A DNA stretch of 64,000 nucleotides from Spirochaetales bacterium (GCA_022360655.1 JAKSCK010000116.1:20162-84161); one strand, 5' to 3'; positions 1 through 9,251 are shown, numbered from the stretch's first letter. Program-made: numbers and translations. Notes: generated by a model from the letters alone, not told the origin.

Positions 1-9
1 GAGAAGCCC

Positions 10-594
10 ATGAACTATGTACGAAAAATCCCAGGAGAGACGGTGTACCTCAGCCCAATGCGCCCAGATGATGCCGCTCAATATGCCCAATGGCTCAACA
101 CTCCCGAAATCAATCAATTTCTGGCATTGAGCACCTCCACCATCACAGAAAATGGGGAAAAGGCTTGGATTGAACAGATGGGAGAAAAAACGGTGTTTGC
201 CATTGTGCGCCAGGAGGATGATGCGCTCTTGGGAAATGTGGCTCTTGATACCCTGGATATTCTTAATTCAACGGGAGAGGCAGGGATTTTTATTGGAGAT
301 TCAGCCTGTCATGGGAAAGGTTATGGAACAGAAGCCTTGGCCTTACTCCTGGGTTATGCTTTTGCCAATCTCAATTTAGAATCCGTGATGATTCGAGTGT
401 TCCCTTGGAATCCACGGGCCCAAAAGGCGTATGAGAAAGTGGGATTCCAACCCGTTGGAGTTCTGAGAAAGGCCGTCAAACGTTATGGTAAAAGTTGGGA
501 TGTACCCGTTTTTGACATCACAGCAGAGGATTTTGCCCAAGGGCCATGGAAGCGATTTCTTCCAAAGCCCCCTCACCAAGCCCACTCTTCATAA
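10..594 (+). CDS. GNAT family N-acetyltransferase (RimJ/RimL-like)
   Basis: 194-aa ORF. GNAT-style core segments (AGIFIGDSACHGKGYGTEAL, RAQKAYEKVGFQPVG). Confidence 0.85.
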   Translation: MNYVRKIPGETVYLSPMRPDDAAQYAQWLNTPEINQFLALSTSTITENGEKAWIEQMGEKTVFAIVRQEDDALLGNVALDTLDILNSTGEAGIFIGDSACHGKGYGTEALALLLGYAFANLNLESVMIRVFPWNPRAQKAYEKVGFQPVGVLRKAVKRYGKSWDVPVFDITAEDFAQGPWKRFLPKPPHQAHSS

Positions 595-608
595 CAATTT
601 CTAGCACC

Positions 609-677
609 AAAGGATTGGGCAAACAGAACGTCTGAAGCATGTTGTTCCTGAATTGACGTTCTCAAACCCAATCCTTT
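609..677. terminator. Nested long hairpin between convergent gene ends (candidate bidirectional terminator)
   Basis: Outer arms aaaggattggg (609-619) / cccaatccttt (667-677) are perfect 11 bp. Inner arms agaacgtc (625-632) / gacgttct (655-662) are perfect 8 bp. Lies between the GNAT stop (594) and the LysE stop (681); ttt follows on the + strand. Confidence 0.5.
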
Positions 678-680
678 TGC

Positions 681-1283
681 TTAAATCCAAAGAAAAATCA
701 CAGAAGCGGCTGTGAGCAGACCCAGCCCCAAACGGAGTCTTTTTCCCTTTCCTGGAGCCTCCAAGAGTTTGCCAGCCACCGTTCCAAAGAATCCCCAAAG
801 GGAGATTCCAAAAGGGGCAATGAGGGCAAAGCACAACATCACCATAAGCGCTCCCAGCCAGTAGTTTTCCGCCATTTGAGGATAGATGGCCATGGTGGTG
901 AGGGTCATCACATACACTTTGGGATTGAAATACTGAAAACCAAAACCAGTGAAAAATCCAGCTGGTTTCTCTTCTTGAGTCCCTTCCCTCTCTTCATTTT
1001 TTCCCTGTGAAAAAGCGATTTTCCACGCAAGATACAGAATAAAAACGCTACCTGCAATCTCTAAGATTTGGCTGATTTGAGGAAATCTCTCAAAGAGAAG
1101 TCCTAATCCAAGGGCACAGAGAAGCAACTGGCTTAAGACTCCACAAACCATCCCTGCAATAAGGGGAACAAGACTTCGATGACCAAAACGCGCTCCTGTG
1201 GCTGTGACAAGCATGTTGTTCGGACCAGGTGTGGCTGTCATCATCACCACATACAAAGCAAGGGAAAAGAGATTCGTAGGCAT
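681..1283 (-). CDS. LysE/RhtB family amino-acid exporter
   Basis: Start moved to the ATG at 1283 (MPTNLFSLALYVVMMTATPGPNN...), preceded by GGAGG. The TPGPNN motif and multi-TM profile are typical of LysE translocators. Confidence 0.85.
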   Translation of the reverse strand: MPTNLFSLALYVVMMTATPGPNNMLVTATGARFGHRSLVPLIAGMVCGVLSQLLLCALGLGLLFERFPQISQILEIAGSVFILYLAWKIAFSQGKNEEREGTQEEKPAGFFTGFGFQYFNPKVYVMTLTTMAIYPQMAENYWLGALMVMLCFALIAPFGISLWGFFGTVAGKLLEAPGKGKRLRLGLGLLTAASVIFLWI

Positions 1284-1310
1284 GACTCGCCTCCAACAAA
1301 AGGATGCCTC

Positions 1311-1368
1311 ACCATATTTCAATTTGAAAAACCATATCAGATACAATTCCTAGCCAATCAAACCATAA
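1311..1368. promoter_or_regulatory. Three direct ACCATA(T/A) repeats in the divergent LysE/MocR intergenic region (candidate MocR operator)
   Basis: accatat at 1311-1317 and 1331-1337, accataa at 1362-1368. MocR/GabR-type regulators are known to bind spaced direct repeats. Confidence 0.35.
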
Positions 1369-1386
1369 CAGATTAAAATCCAATGG

Positions 1387-2808
1387 ATGAATTCAGCAGG
1401 ATTTCTCTATGAACGGATTGTTTCTGATACCCAAAAGGACTTTGAACGAGGCATCATTTCCCCTGGTGACAAACTGCCTTCATTGCGAGAAATTGCCAAA
1501 CGTTATGGCTGTTCTGTGGCATCAGCCACCCGGGCTTATGAAGAGTTGGAAATCCAGGGCTGTGTTCAGGCAAGGCAAAAATCGGGGTATTATGCCCTTG
1601 AACTTCCCCAACTGGCCCTTCCCCGGCCTCAAGATGATGATTTCCCGCTGATTGCTGAGGATGGAGAGTCGCCACTGCTCTTGCATAAGATTCTTGAATC
1701 CGCCGCAAATCCCGCAGCCCTCCCCCTTGGAGCTGGTCTTCCACATGAATCCCTTCTGCCTTTGGGGGCACTCTCCCGTTCCCTGTCTCGATGCACTGCC
1801 CGAGATGGTGGAGGTTTTGCTCGCTATTCAGCTCCTGGGGGTCATCTTGCTCTTCGAGAACGGATTGCAGCTCTGATGCGCCGCCGGAATTGTTTTGTGA
1901 ATCCTCAAGAAATCACCATCACCAATGGCTGCACGGGTGCCATGCACTTGGCCATCATGCATTTCACCAAAGAGGGAGACACGGTGGCAGTGGAAAGTCC
2001 GGTGTATCCTGGGATTTTGCAAATGCTGCACCAAACACGCCGCCGGATTTTGCCCCTTCCAACTTCACCAATTCATGGTGTGGATAGAGAAGCTCTTCAT
2101 CAAGTTTGCAAAACCCGCCAGGTACAGGCTGCGGTTGTGAGTGCCGTGCACCAAAATCCCCTGGGCTTTGTGATGGATGAACAAAGTCGAAAAGAGTTGG
2201 TGCACATGGCCGGGGAAACAGGGGTACCTCTGATTGAAGATGATATCTATGGAGAACTTGGCTTTCAGAGTGAGCGTCATGCTCCCATCAAAGCCTTTGA
2301 TGAAGATGGGCATGTTGTTCTTTGTTCATCATTTTCTAAAACCCTGGCTCCAGGAATGCGAATTGGTTGGATTTGTGGAGGAAAGGAACATCAAGAACTC
2401 CGTGGCCAGAATGTGGCCACAAATCTTGGTCCAAGCCCACTGATGCAAGCGGCCTTAGCCGATTATCTTGATGGGGGGGGATACTTCCGTCATCTCGGAG
2501 CATTGGGAAAGGCACTCTCTCGTCAAAAAGCCCAGATGCGGGATTTACTCGCTCATTCACTTCCTAAAGGGACATGCCTTTCCTCTCCTGCTGGAGGTTA
2601 CTATTTATGGGTAGAACTTCCCAAAGAAATCAAAGCCCTGACTCTCTTTCATAGGGCTCATTCAGAGGGAATTGGCATTGCTCCCGGTCCGGCCTTTTCC
2701 AGTGGATCTCGTTTTCAAAACTGCATACGAATCAGTTTTGGCACTCCCATCACAGAAGAAACAAAAGTGGGAATCTCCCGTTTAGGTGCATTAGCAAAAG
2801 AATGCTAG
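1387..2808 (+). CDS. MocR/GabR-type transcriptional regulator (GntR HTH fused to a PLP aminotransferase-like domain)
   Basis: 473 aa. N-terminal GntR-type HTH (LPSLREIAKRYGCSVASATRAYEELE) plus a fold-type I aminotransferase-like body (SFSKTLAPGMRIGW). Divergent from the LysE exporter. Confidence 0.88.
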   Translation: MNSAGFLYERIVSDTQKDFERGIISPGDKLPSLREIAKRYGCSVASATRAYEELEIQGCVQARQKSGYYALELPQLALPRPQDDDFPLIAEDGESPLLLHKILESAANPAALPLGAGLPHESLLPLGALSRSLSRCTARDGGGFARYSAPGGHLALRERIAALMRRRNCFVNPQEITITNGCTGAMHLAIMHFTKEGDTVAVESPVYPGILQMLHQTRRRILPLPTSPIHGVDREALHQVCKTRQVQAAVVSAVHQNPLGFVMDEQSRKELVHMAGETGVPLIEDDIYGELGFQSERHAPIKAFDEDGHVVLCSSFSKTLAPGMRIGWICGGKEHQELRGQNVATNLGPSPLMQAALADYLDGGGYFRHLGALGKALSRQKAQMRDLLAHSLPKGTCLSSPAGGYYLWVELPKEIKALTLFHRAHSEGIGIAPGPAFSSGSRFQNCIRISFGTPITEETKVGISRLGALAKEC

Positions 2809-3863
2809 AGGGGAAGCACACACGATGGAGAACCAATCTCCATGCTTCCAGACCAATCACCAGCAGGCCATCCTGTGGGAGGATCAAAGGGACGAAAAGC
2901 CATTCGATGATCATCTTGAGCCGCCACATACAATCCTTCATGGGAAAAACTGATATCCCGAGGGGTTCGTCCAGGAGAAGAGAATCGCATCACCAACTCA
3001 AGCATAGGGCTGGAGTCAATGCGAATGCGGAAGATGGAAATGGAATCATCAAACCGGCTTGAAATGGCAAGAGTATTCCCCGAAGGATGAATCTTTATAG
3101 CGGCAGGGGCCGCAATTCCTTGTTGTGAGGGTTCGCAGGCCAAATGCTGCTCCAACAGCTTCATTGAACCATCTTCTTGCCGGATTCGTGCAACATAGAG
3201 GTGAGGAGCGAGCTCACAAAGAATGAAAGCCCAATCCCCAGAGGGGTGAAGAGCAAGGTGTCGAGGACCGGTTCCTGGAGGAGCCACCAATGCGGTTTGT
3301 GGATGAGCTCCTGCCCGAGACACATCGTGCATCCAAACCCGATCACTTCCCAAATCACACACATAAATTTTATCACCATGGAGAGAAGGAAGAATCTGAT
3401 GGGCATGAGCTGAGGCCTGACGTTCTCCAGCAGGACCGGATCCAGCGTAGGCCACATTCCAAGCCACATCTTCCGCTCCTTGTGCTCCAAGTGAATACCC
3501 TACGGCACGCCCATCACCATAGGATGCCGTCATAATTTCATTTCGTTCCTGGTGCACACTCAGATGGCAACCTGCATTTCCAAGACCAGTACGTAGGCTT
3601 AAAAGTTCTAACGTGTTTCCCTTTCTCTGGAGGCTTGCAACCCCCCCCCCACCTGAATCGGTTTCACACACAGCATAAATCAAACCAGTTCTGGAATCTT
3701 GTGTGATGTATGAGGGATTCTTTAATCCTGTGAGTGTATCCAGGATGATCATGGAACCACTCCCCAAGATTCGCTCACAAAGATGAATGCCTTCCCCTTG
3801 AGGATCAGGAACATGCGATTTTTTACCCGTGTAAGTACCAACAAGAAAGAGTTCGTGATTCAT
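2805..3863 (-). CDS. Lactonase, 7-bladed beta-propeller (6-phosphogluconolactonase-like)
   Basis: 352 aa. N-terminus LFLVGTYTG and repeated propeller-like segments typical of the YbhE/Pgl lactonase family. Its stop overlaps the MocR stop (CTAG at 2805-2808). Confidence 0.75.
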   Translation of the reverse strand: MNHELFLVGTYTGKKSHVPDPQGEGIHLCERILGSGSMIILDTLTGLKNPSYITQDSRTGLIYAVCETDSGGGGVASLQRKGNTLELLSLRTGLGNAGCHLSVHQERNEIMTASYGDGRAVGYSLGAQGAEDVAWNVAYAGSGPAGERQASAHAHQILPSLHGDKIYVCDLGSDRVWMHDVSRAGAHPQTALVAPPGTGPRHLALHPSGDWAFILCELAPHLYVARIRQEDGSMKLLEQHLACEPSQQGIAAPAAIKIHPSGNTLAISSRFDDSISIFRIRIDSSPMLELVMRFSSPGRTPRDISFSHEGLYVAAQDDHRMAFRPFDPPTGWPAGDWSGSMEIGSPSCVLPL

Positions 3864-3912
3864 AGAAAAATCCTGATGTGTTCAAAGAGGAAGTGCAAGG
3901 TACTCATCTGCC

Positions 3913-5307
3913 TCAGCTACGTTTTCCATAGGTAAACAGATTGTTGAAGGACTCTGCGAGTCCTGGATGAGCAAACACCATATCCTGCAAATCTGAGGCA
4001 CAAAGACCTCCTGCCATGGCCAGTTGAAGCATCGTGGCCACTTCTCCTCCCTCCATTCCTACAATCGCCGCTCCCAATAGATGATCATCCCGAGGAGAAA
4101 CAAGAACTTTGAGTAAACCCGCTGTTTCACCAGCTTCCATGGCTCGAGCAACCCGTGAATACGGCATCATGTAAAGGTGATAGGGGATTTGAGACTGAAG
4201 AGCCTGTTTTTCGGATAAACCAATTCGTCCCAGTTGCGGATCTGTAAAGACGGTGTATGGAACAGGACGTCCATGGATTCCAGTGCGTTCTCCAGCCCCT
4301 GGTAAATCCCAAAGATCACGAAGAACACGATAATCATCATAGGCAATATGAGTGAAAGCAGGTCCTCCCTTGCAATCACCAACGGCCCAGATTCCCTCTG
4401 TCGTTGTCGACAGCGCTCCATCCACATGAATAGAACCTGAAGAATCCCGTTCAACACCCGTGTTCTCAAGCCCAAGATTCTCCACCTGAGGGGCTCTCCC
4501 CACAGCACAAAGAACATGATGGGCTTCCACTGGTGAAAGGTCCATTCCCTCTTCATTCACCAGATTCAACCGAAACCCACGGTCTTGTGGTAGAAACTCT
4601 TTGGGCTGGGTACCAGTAAGAATGGTGATGCCCTCGGATTCTAAGGCCTCCGTTAAACTGAGGGCCACATCCTCATCCTCTCTGGAGAGAATATGCTTCC
4701 CACGATGCACCACTGTGACGGAACTCCCCATACGTCGAAAGATTTGGGCAAATTCCAACCCAATGTACCCCCCTCCAAGAACAAGAAGATGCGGAGGAAG
4801 ATCATCAAGAACCTGAATACCAGAAGAATCGGAATATGGGATGTTGTGGAGGCCTGGGATATTGGGAATGACAGGAGCTCCACCTACATCAAGAACAATG
4901 CGAGGAGCTGTAATGGTTTGACCAGAGTCCATCAATTTTAAAAGATGTGGGTCAATGAACTGTGCGCGTTCTTGAAGAAAATCGATGCCCTTGGTTTGCT
5001 CATATCCACGATGAGAGGCCCGTCTAAACTGCCCAACAAGGGCATCTCGACGACGGCGCATGACGGTCCAATCAAATGAGAACGATGTGGATTGTGCACC
5101 CCATTCACCACTTGTCCGTGCGTTGTGAATCACACGAGCTCCTGCCACAAGTGTTTTTGTGGGAGTGCAGCCAACATTGACACAGGTTCCCCCGGCATGA
5201 TTCTCTTCCACAACAGCCACTCGCCAACCCTTTTTGGCTGCTCCTCGAGAAAGGGGAGAAGCGGTTTGTCCCGCCCCAACAATGATGAGATCATACTGCG
5301 TCATCAC
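3913..5307 (-). CDS. Class I pyridine nucleotide-disulfide oxidoreductase (flavoprotein disulfide reductase)
   Basis: 464 aa. FAD motif DLIIVGAGQTA, redox-active CxxxxC (GGTCVNVGCTPTK), second dinucleotide fold LLVLGGGYIGLE, C-terminal HP..E dimer-interface motif (FAHPGLAE). Confidence 0.88.
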   Translation of the reverse strand: MMTQYDLIIVGAGQTASPLSRGAAKKGWRVAVVEENHAGGTCVNVGCTPTKTLVAGARVIHNARTSGEWGAQSTSFSFDWTVMRRRRDALVGQFRRASHRGYEQTKGIDFLQERAQFIDPHLLKLMDSGQTITAPRIVLDVGGAPVIPNIPGLHNIPYSDSSGIQVLDDLPPHLLVLGGGYIGLEFAQIFRRMGSSVTVVHRGKHILSREDEDVALSLTEALESEGITILTGTQPKEFLPQDRGFRLNLVNEEGMDLSPVEAHHVLCAVGRAPQVENLGLENTGVERDSSGSIHVDGALSTTTEGIWAVGDCKGGPAFTHIAYDDYRVLRDLWDLPGAGERTGIHGRPVPYTVFTDPQLGRIGLSEKQALQSQIPYHLYMMPYSRVARAMEAGETAGLLKVLVSPRDDHLLGAAIVGMEGGEVATMLQLAMAGGLCASDLQDMVFAHPGLAESFNNLFTYGKRS

Positions 5308-5320
5308 TCAACCTCACTCT

Positions 5321-6076
5321 CTAGGTTTTCTCCACCTTCGAATGGGATGCCCAGGACTTTTCAAGTCGACCTAAAATCCCATTCAGGAAAAGAGCCATAA
5401 GGGCTGAAGCTGCAGCACCTTGAAAAACCCAAGCCGGATTATCTCGTATCAGCCCTGCCACAATCGGAGAACCTAAACCTCCGGCACCAGCAAGAGCTCC
5501 AATGGTGGCCGTTCCCACATTAATCACCACACTGGTGCGAATTCCAGCGCTAATCACAGGAAGAGCCAGGGGAAGTTCGATTTGAAGAAGAACCTGAAAC
5601 CGTGTCATTCCCATTCCTTGCGCCGCCTCAAGAACCGCAGAAGGAAGGTTTTCCAATCCAGCAAGCGTGTTATCCAAAACGGGTAAGACACTGTAAAGCA
5701 CCAAGGCCAAGAGGACCGGTTGAAATCCAAAGCCCACAAAGGGAATGGCCAAGGCAAGAACGGCTGCTGGCGGAACGGTTTGGGCCAGAGCAGAAGCATC
5801 CCGAACCAGAGGAAGAAAGGTTCGTCCAGCAGGACGTGTGGCTGCGATGCCCACTCCGATTCCAATGATTGTTGCTAATCCAGCCGCCGCAAGAGACAAC
5901 CACAAATGCTCGAGAGCCAAAACCGCAAGCATTTTACGTGGAAACACAGGATCTTGAGCCTCTGGAAAAGGAACACTCAAGACAGGACTCAGGATACTGG
6001 GAATCAAAAGAATGAGCATGAACAGCATTCCGAGAGCAGACCCCAGGAATTGACGATAGGACCATGGAGTCTTCAC
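5321..6076 (-). CDS. Osmoprotectant (glycine betaine/choline type) ABC transporter permease, short subunit (YehW-like)
   Basis: 251 aa multi-TM BPD-type permease. GTG start overlaps the upstream ATPase stop (GTGA). Confidence 0.85.
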   Translation of the reverse strand: MKTPWSYRQFLGSALGMLFMLILLIPSILSPVLSVPFPEAQDPVFPRKMLAVLALEHLWLSLAAAGLATIIGIGVGIAATRPAGRTFLPLVRDASALAQTVPPAAVLALAIPFVGFGFQPVLLALVLYSVLPVLDNTLAGLENLPSAVLEAAQGMGMTRFQVLLQIELPLALPVISAGIRTSVVINVGTATIGALAGAGGLGSPIVAGLIRDNPAWVFQGAAASALMALFLNGILGRLEKSWASHSKVEKT

Positions 6077-7041
6077 GAAGCCACCTCTCCTGCGGCTCGT
6101 TCCAGTAAATCTTCTAGAGTCAACGTTCCCATGGAACGTCCAGCTGGTGAAAAAGCTTCCAAGGATGTTTCCCCGGCTTCCAGCATTTGGGAAAGCGCTT
6201 CTTTGAGTGTGGCATCCGTACGAATGGCCCCCACAGAGGCATCTCTTCTCGATGCCGACTTCATAGGCGTGGCATCTCCAAGAGCCTGTCCCACACTCAA
6301 ACGGGCTAAACGTCGAAGAGCTCTGTCTTCACCTGTGAAATCTCGAATGAAAGGATCGGCATTCAGCAGTAATTCTGCCGGAGGTGCAGCGGCAACCAAT
6401 CGTCCTTCATTCATCACAGCAATTCGATCCCCCAGACGAATGGCCTCATCCAAATCATGGGTGACAAACACCACTGTTTTTCCCAAGGTGGATTGAATCC
6501 GAAGAAATTCACGCTGTAAAATCTCCCGGGTTAAAGGGTCGACTGCACCAAATGGTTCATCCATCAAGAGCACTGGAGGGTCTGCAGCCAGAGCGCGAGC
6601 CACTCCCACCCGTTGAGCCTCACCACCGCTCAGATGTGCAGGCCAAGATTGGGCATAATCTTGAGGAGGAAGTCCAACGAGCTCAAGGAGTTCATGAACA
6701 CGTTGTTCAATCTTCTCTTTACTCCAACCAAGGAGCTTTGGAACGGCACCAACATTCTCAGAAACCCGCATATGGGGGAACAGCCCCACATGCTGAATCA
6801 CATAACCAATATGCCGACGGAGCTCCACTGCTGGTACATGGGACACATCACGTCCTCCGACCAGAACGCTGCCAGTCTGAGGATCCACGAGGCGATTAAT
6901 CATTTTTAAACTTGTGGTTTTCCCGCAGCCGGAGGGACCAATGAGTACCAGAAGTTCTCCCTCTGGAACCTCCAAGCTCAATTCATCCACGGCCTGCTTG
7001 TCTCCAAATCTTTTGGAAACCTTTTTCCATTCTAGGGTCAC
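6073..7041 (-). CDS. Osmoprotectant ABC transporter ATP-binding protein (YehX/OpuCA-like)
   Basis: Start reassigned to the GTG at 7041 (VTLEWKKVSKRFGDKQ...), preceded by GGAGG and overlapping the upstream permease stop (GTGA). Walker A GPSGCGKTT, signature LSGGEAQR, Walker B LLMDEP. The upstream part of the 548-aa track ORF is an out-of-frame overlap artefact. Confidence 0.9.
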   Translation of the reverse strand: MTLEWKKVSKRFGDKQAVDELSLEVPEGELLVLIGPSGCGKTTSLKMINRLVDPQTGSVLVGGRDVSHVPAVELRRHIGYVIQHVGLFPHMRVSENVGAVPKLLGWSKEKIEQRVHELLELVGLPPQDYAQSWPAHLSGGEAQRVGVARALAADPPVLLMDEPFGAVDPLTREILQREFLRIQSTLGKTVVFVTHDLDEAIRLGDRIAVMNEGRLVAAAPPAELLLNADPFIRDFTGEDRALRRLARLSVGQALGDATPMKSASRRDASVGAIRTDATLKEALSQMLEAGETSLEAFSPAGRSMGTLTLEDLLERAAGEVAS

Positions 7042-8213
7042 GAATCCCCTCCTACCGTAGATAAACCAGGTGAAACGGTGCGAAGAATCACAAATCCCCA
7101 GATTCGATCCACACCCACAGCTAAAAGAACAAGAGGTATCACACCCAAAAGAATCAAATCTGGAGCCGACTGTCCCAATCCTTGAAATATCATCATTCCA
7201 AGGCCTCCTGCTCCTATAAGCGCCGCCACAGCGGTGTTTCCCACAGCTTGAACTGACGCGGTTTTTAAGCCGGTCAGCACATAGGGAAGCGCCATGGGCC
7301 ATTGAACGCGCCAAAAGAGCTGCGGGGGAGACATTCCCATTCCCAATCCTGCTTCCAGCGCTGAATCGGGAACCTGTTCCAAACCCACAACCGTATTGCG
7401 CACAATAGGCAACAAGGCATAGAGCGTGAGAGCAATGAGGGCAGGAGCAGCCCCAATGCCCCGAACTCCAAGAGTTCTCAACAGAGGAAAGGCCTGTGAG
7501 AGAGCGGCTAACGGAGCCATCAGCAGCCCAAAAAGGGCCATGGAAGGAATGGTTTGAGCGGCATCCACAAATGACACAACGGATGCTCCGCTTCGCCCTC
7601 CTCGTGCAGCTTGCACTCCCAATGGGATTCCCAAAAGGGTGGCTCCCCCAACAGCTGTGAGGAAGAGTCGAAGATGAACCACAAATTCGGCTCCAAAACG
7701 GTCTTTCCGTGCACTCCATTCCCGCATCACAGAAATGGCCTCTCCACGCCCTCCTGAAAACAGGAGAGCTGTGGGAAGAATGAGAAGGGTCAGAAGAACC
7801 AGTCCGCCAAATCGGAAGCGAAAAATTCGGCTATGATCAATGAGAACATAGGCCGCAATGGGGAGTCCCCAAAATCCCCAGGCAGGACTGATCCTTGGAG
7901 CGGCCCCTTCCGGAAGCAAGAAACTTCCACGAACAAGCAACCAAGCCATGGCCCAAAAACATAAAAGACCGCTCCCTCCATAGAGTACAGAACGCCAGAG
8001 TGTTTTCTTCAAAAAAGAAGCCAGAAAAACAAGGATGAAAACTCCAATCAGAATCCAATTCCAGGCCCCTGCAAGCTGAAAACCTGACATAGGAATTCCA
8101 TCTACAACCCGATTCTCTTTGAGCAAAGCAAAGGGAGCAATAAGAGATATTGCTCCAGGAAGTAGAGCGGCAAGGGGAACCGGGTCAAATTCCCCTTGTT
8201 TCGCTATGATCAT
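7038..8213 (-). CDS. Osmoprotectant ABC transporter permease, long subunit with extra N-terminal TM segments (YehY-like)
   Basis: 391 aa. The C-terminal half is a BPD-type permease core (AAQTIPSMALFGLL..., EAGLGMGMSPPQLFWRVQWPMALP). The N-terminal ~170 aa are additional hydrophobic segments. Confidence 0.85.
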   Translation of the reverse strand: MIIAKQGEFDPVPLAALLPGAISLIAPFALLKENRVVDGIPMSGFQLAGAWNWILIGVFILVFLASFLKKTLWRSVLYGGSGLLCFWAMAWLLVRGSFLLPEGAAPRISPAWGFWGLPIAAYVLIDHSRIFRFRFGGLVLLTLLILPTALLFSGGRGEAISVMREWSARKDRFGAEFVVHLRLFLTAVGGATLLGIPLGVQAARGGRSGASVVSFVDAAQTIPSMALFGLLMAPLAALSQAFPLLRTLGVRGIGAAPALIALTLYALLPIVRNTVVGLEQVPDSALEAGLGMGMSPPQLFWRVQWPMALPYVLTGLKTASVQAVGNTAVAALIGAGGLGMMIFQGLGQSAPDLILLGVIPLVLLAVGVDRIWGFVILRTVSPGLSTVGGDS

Positions 8214-8215
8214 TT

Positions 8216-9160
8216 TCAGGGGATGAACCCCTTTTCAACCAACCATGCTTCGGCCACACTACGGGCCGGAATTCCTTCAACAGCAATACGTGCATTGAGA
8301 GTTTGAAGAGTCACCAAATCCAAACTTTGAAAGACCGGATTGAGAAGTGCTGCAATCTCTGGATACATCTCCATCACTTCTCGCCGTACTCGTGGGGCTG
8401 GTTCATACACCAATTGCACGCCAAGATTATCTTCCAGTACCACAAGTCCAAGGGCTGCAAGAGGACCATCCGTCCCATAGGCCATGGCGGCATTTACTCC
8501 ATCAGTGCCGCGGGCAGCAGCCTGTTCTGTTAAAGCGGTATTGCCACTGGACAGAACCAGAAGTTCATCTGTACTCAATTCAAAACCGTAGGCCTTTTGA
8601 AAAGCCGGAAGAGAATCGGGGCGACTCACAAATTCTTCCGAACCAGCCAATTTCACCCGTCCCCCACGATTCACATAATCTGCAAAATCACTCAAAGTGA
8701 CCAGGTTTTCCTGTTCTGCTAAATCCCCCCGAATGGCAATAGCCCAGGTGTTATTGGCAGGGGCTGGTTCCAGCCAAACCATGTCATAGGCTTCTTTATC
8801 AAGGGCTCGAACCGCAGCAAGAGCTTTTTTTGAATCATACCAATCTTGGCCATAGTCATTCGGTGTGAAGAACCAATTGCCATTGCCGGTGTATTCTGGG
8901 TACATGTCCACTTCACCAGTTTCCAGGGCTTTTCGAACAACATCCGTTGGTCCAAGTTCGGTTTTATCCTCAACCTCAAATCCTGCATTTGAAAGAACAA
9001 GCACCATGATGTTCCCAAGAAGTGCTCCCTCTGTATCAAATTTGGAGGCAATAGAGATTTCTCCCCTCATGGCCACATCTTCTGTTTCACCTGTTGCCAT
9101 GAGAACACCAGAGACAAGCAACACCATCAGTGTTGCTGCCAAAAGCACGCGGTTGTTCAT
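8216..9160 (-). CDS. Glycine betaine/osmoprotectant-type substrate-binding protein (OsmF/YehZ-like)
   Basis: Start set to the ATG at 9160 (MNNRVLLAATLMVLLVSGVLMA signal peptide), preceded by AAGGAG. OpuAC-type SBP features (YPEYTGN). Confidence 0.85.
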   Translation of the reverse strand: MNNRVLLAATLMVLLVSGVLMATGETEDVAMRGEISIASKFDTEGALLGNIMVLVLSNAGFEVEDKTELGPTDVVRKALETGEVDMYPEYTGNGNWFFTPNDYGQDWYDSKKALAAVRALDKEAYDMVWLEPAPANNTWAIAIRGDLAEQENLVTLSDFADYVNRGGRVKLAGSEEFVSRPDSLPAFQKAYGFELSTDELLVLSSGNTALTEQAAARGTDGVNAAMAYGTDGPLAALGLVVLEDNLGVQLVYEPAPRVRREVMEMYPEIAALLNPVFQSLDLVTLQTLNARIAVEGIPARSVAEAWLVEKGFIP

Positions 9161-9251
9161 GTCCAACTCCTTTACACTTAGTCTAGGGGGCCATGGAAAA
9201 GGATGCAAAAATCCATTGTCTCAAAAAGCGCTCTCATGGTAAGGATGCTCC

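Noticed and set aside
5906-6496. 196-aa plus-strand ORF spanning the permease/ATPase junction.
   Set aside because: Antisense to two coupled ABC genes.
7042-7719. N-terminal 226 codons of the 548-aa track ORF 6073-7719 (minus strand).
   Set aside because: Out-of-frame overlap with the clearly real permease gene 7038-8213. The Cys/Ser/Gly-rich translation has no ABC features. The ATPase starts at the GTG at 7041, with GGAGG and a GTGA junction.
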